Shown: one piece after another, positions 63,501 to 64,000 of the stretch
How the letters are laid out: every line of letters starts with the position of its first letter
Numbering within the stretch: the first letter of the stretch is position 1
NCBI GenBank assembly: GCA_036172245.1
Contig: JAYWIR010000001.1
Location: 6,510,001 to 6,574,000, forward strand
DNA from: Raillietiella orientalis
Taxonomy: Eukaryota
DNA: 64,000 nt
Direction of reading: 5' to 3'
Position numbers and translations under genes: made by a program
The notes under the pieces: generated by a model
Told to the model about the DNA's origin: nothing
The model's input: only the letters and a program-made list of their open reading frames with translations
Databases searched by the model: none

Positions 63501-64000
63501 ACATCCGAATATTCCGGATGCATCCGCATGTATGGCGCGGAAATTACTCCATGGTTCCAGGCGCCGGCAAACCATGTGCACCAAAGTTGACATGAGCTTC
63601 AGCGGCTGCGTGGTGTCCTCCTTGCCAAGCTGCCAAGCTCCAACCTGAACGCGAAAGGGGCACCCAGTTGAGCCTCCCGAGACTTTTGAAGCAGTTTTTC
63701 TTGTTTCTCCTTTTCCTGCCGCCACAGGCGTTCAGTTATTTTTTTTCCCTTCGAGCTTCTTTCTGAACACCTTAGAATGCTGATTACAGTTCCGTGCATC
63801 CGAGAACATGTGGACCTTTGAACGACAGCTGCTTTGTGGTAAATTCCAGAATCCTCAACAAGGCCGCGAATGGCGATACCGAGGAAACTTGCTTTCCTCG
63901 AAACTCGAAAATGGCAGGAGCACCGCCAACTCTGGTGCAGTTCGACCGTGGAAAGATCGGAGTTCCACGTGAACTGGACGATGGAATGAGTCGGCCTGCC

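Overview
Eukaryotic, arthropod-like (at least invertebrate) genomic DNA with three recognisable host loci on the minus strand. (1) The first two coding exons of a dysfusion/NPAS4-class bHLH-PAS gene (1696-604; the gene runs off the window start), under about 20 kb of very GC/CpG-rich upstream sequence with enhancer-like islands. (2) A complete 11-exon TTC27 gene (27208-24431, 763 aa) whose introns are all 42-60 nt. (3) An intron-containing PUSL1/TruA pseudouridine-synthase pseudogene (about 37425-36057). Much of the rest is decayed non-LTR retrotransposon sequence (L1/Tx1-like, CR1/Jockey/I-like, R2/NeSL-like), including several 3' ends of one Tx1-like family that share a terminal stem-loop. 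The most unusual unexplained structure is a pair of homologous arrays of ~40-nt double-hairpin units (21.5 kb and 29.3 kb). One lies downstream of a tRNA-derived Pol III head and the other is flanked by 17-bp direct repeats. Most long ORFs in the track are GC-rich or repeat artefacts. Family calls rest on motif recall and hand translation, not database searches.
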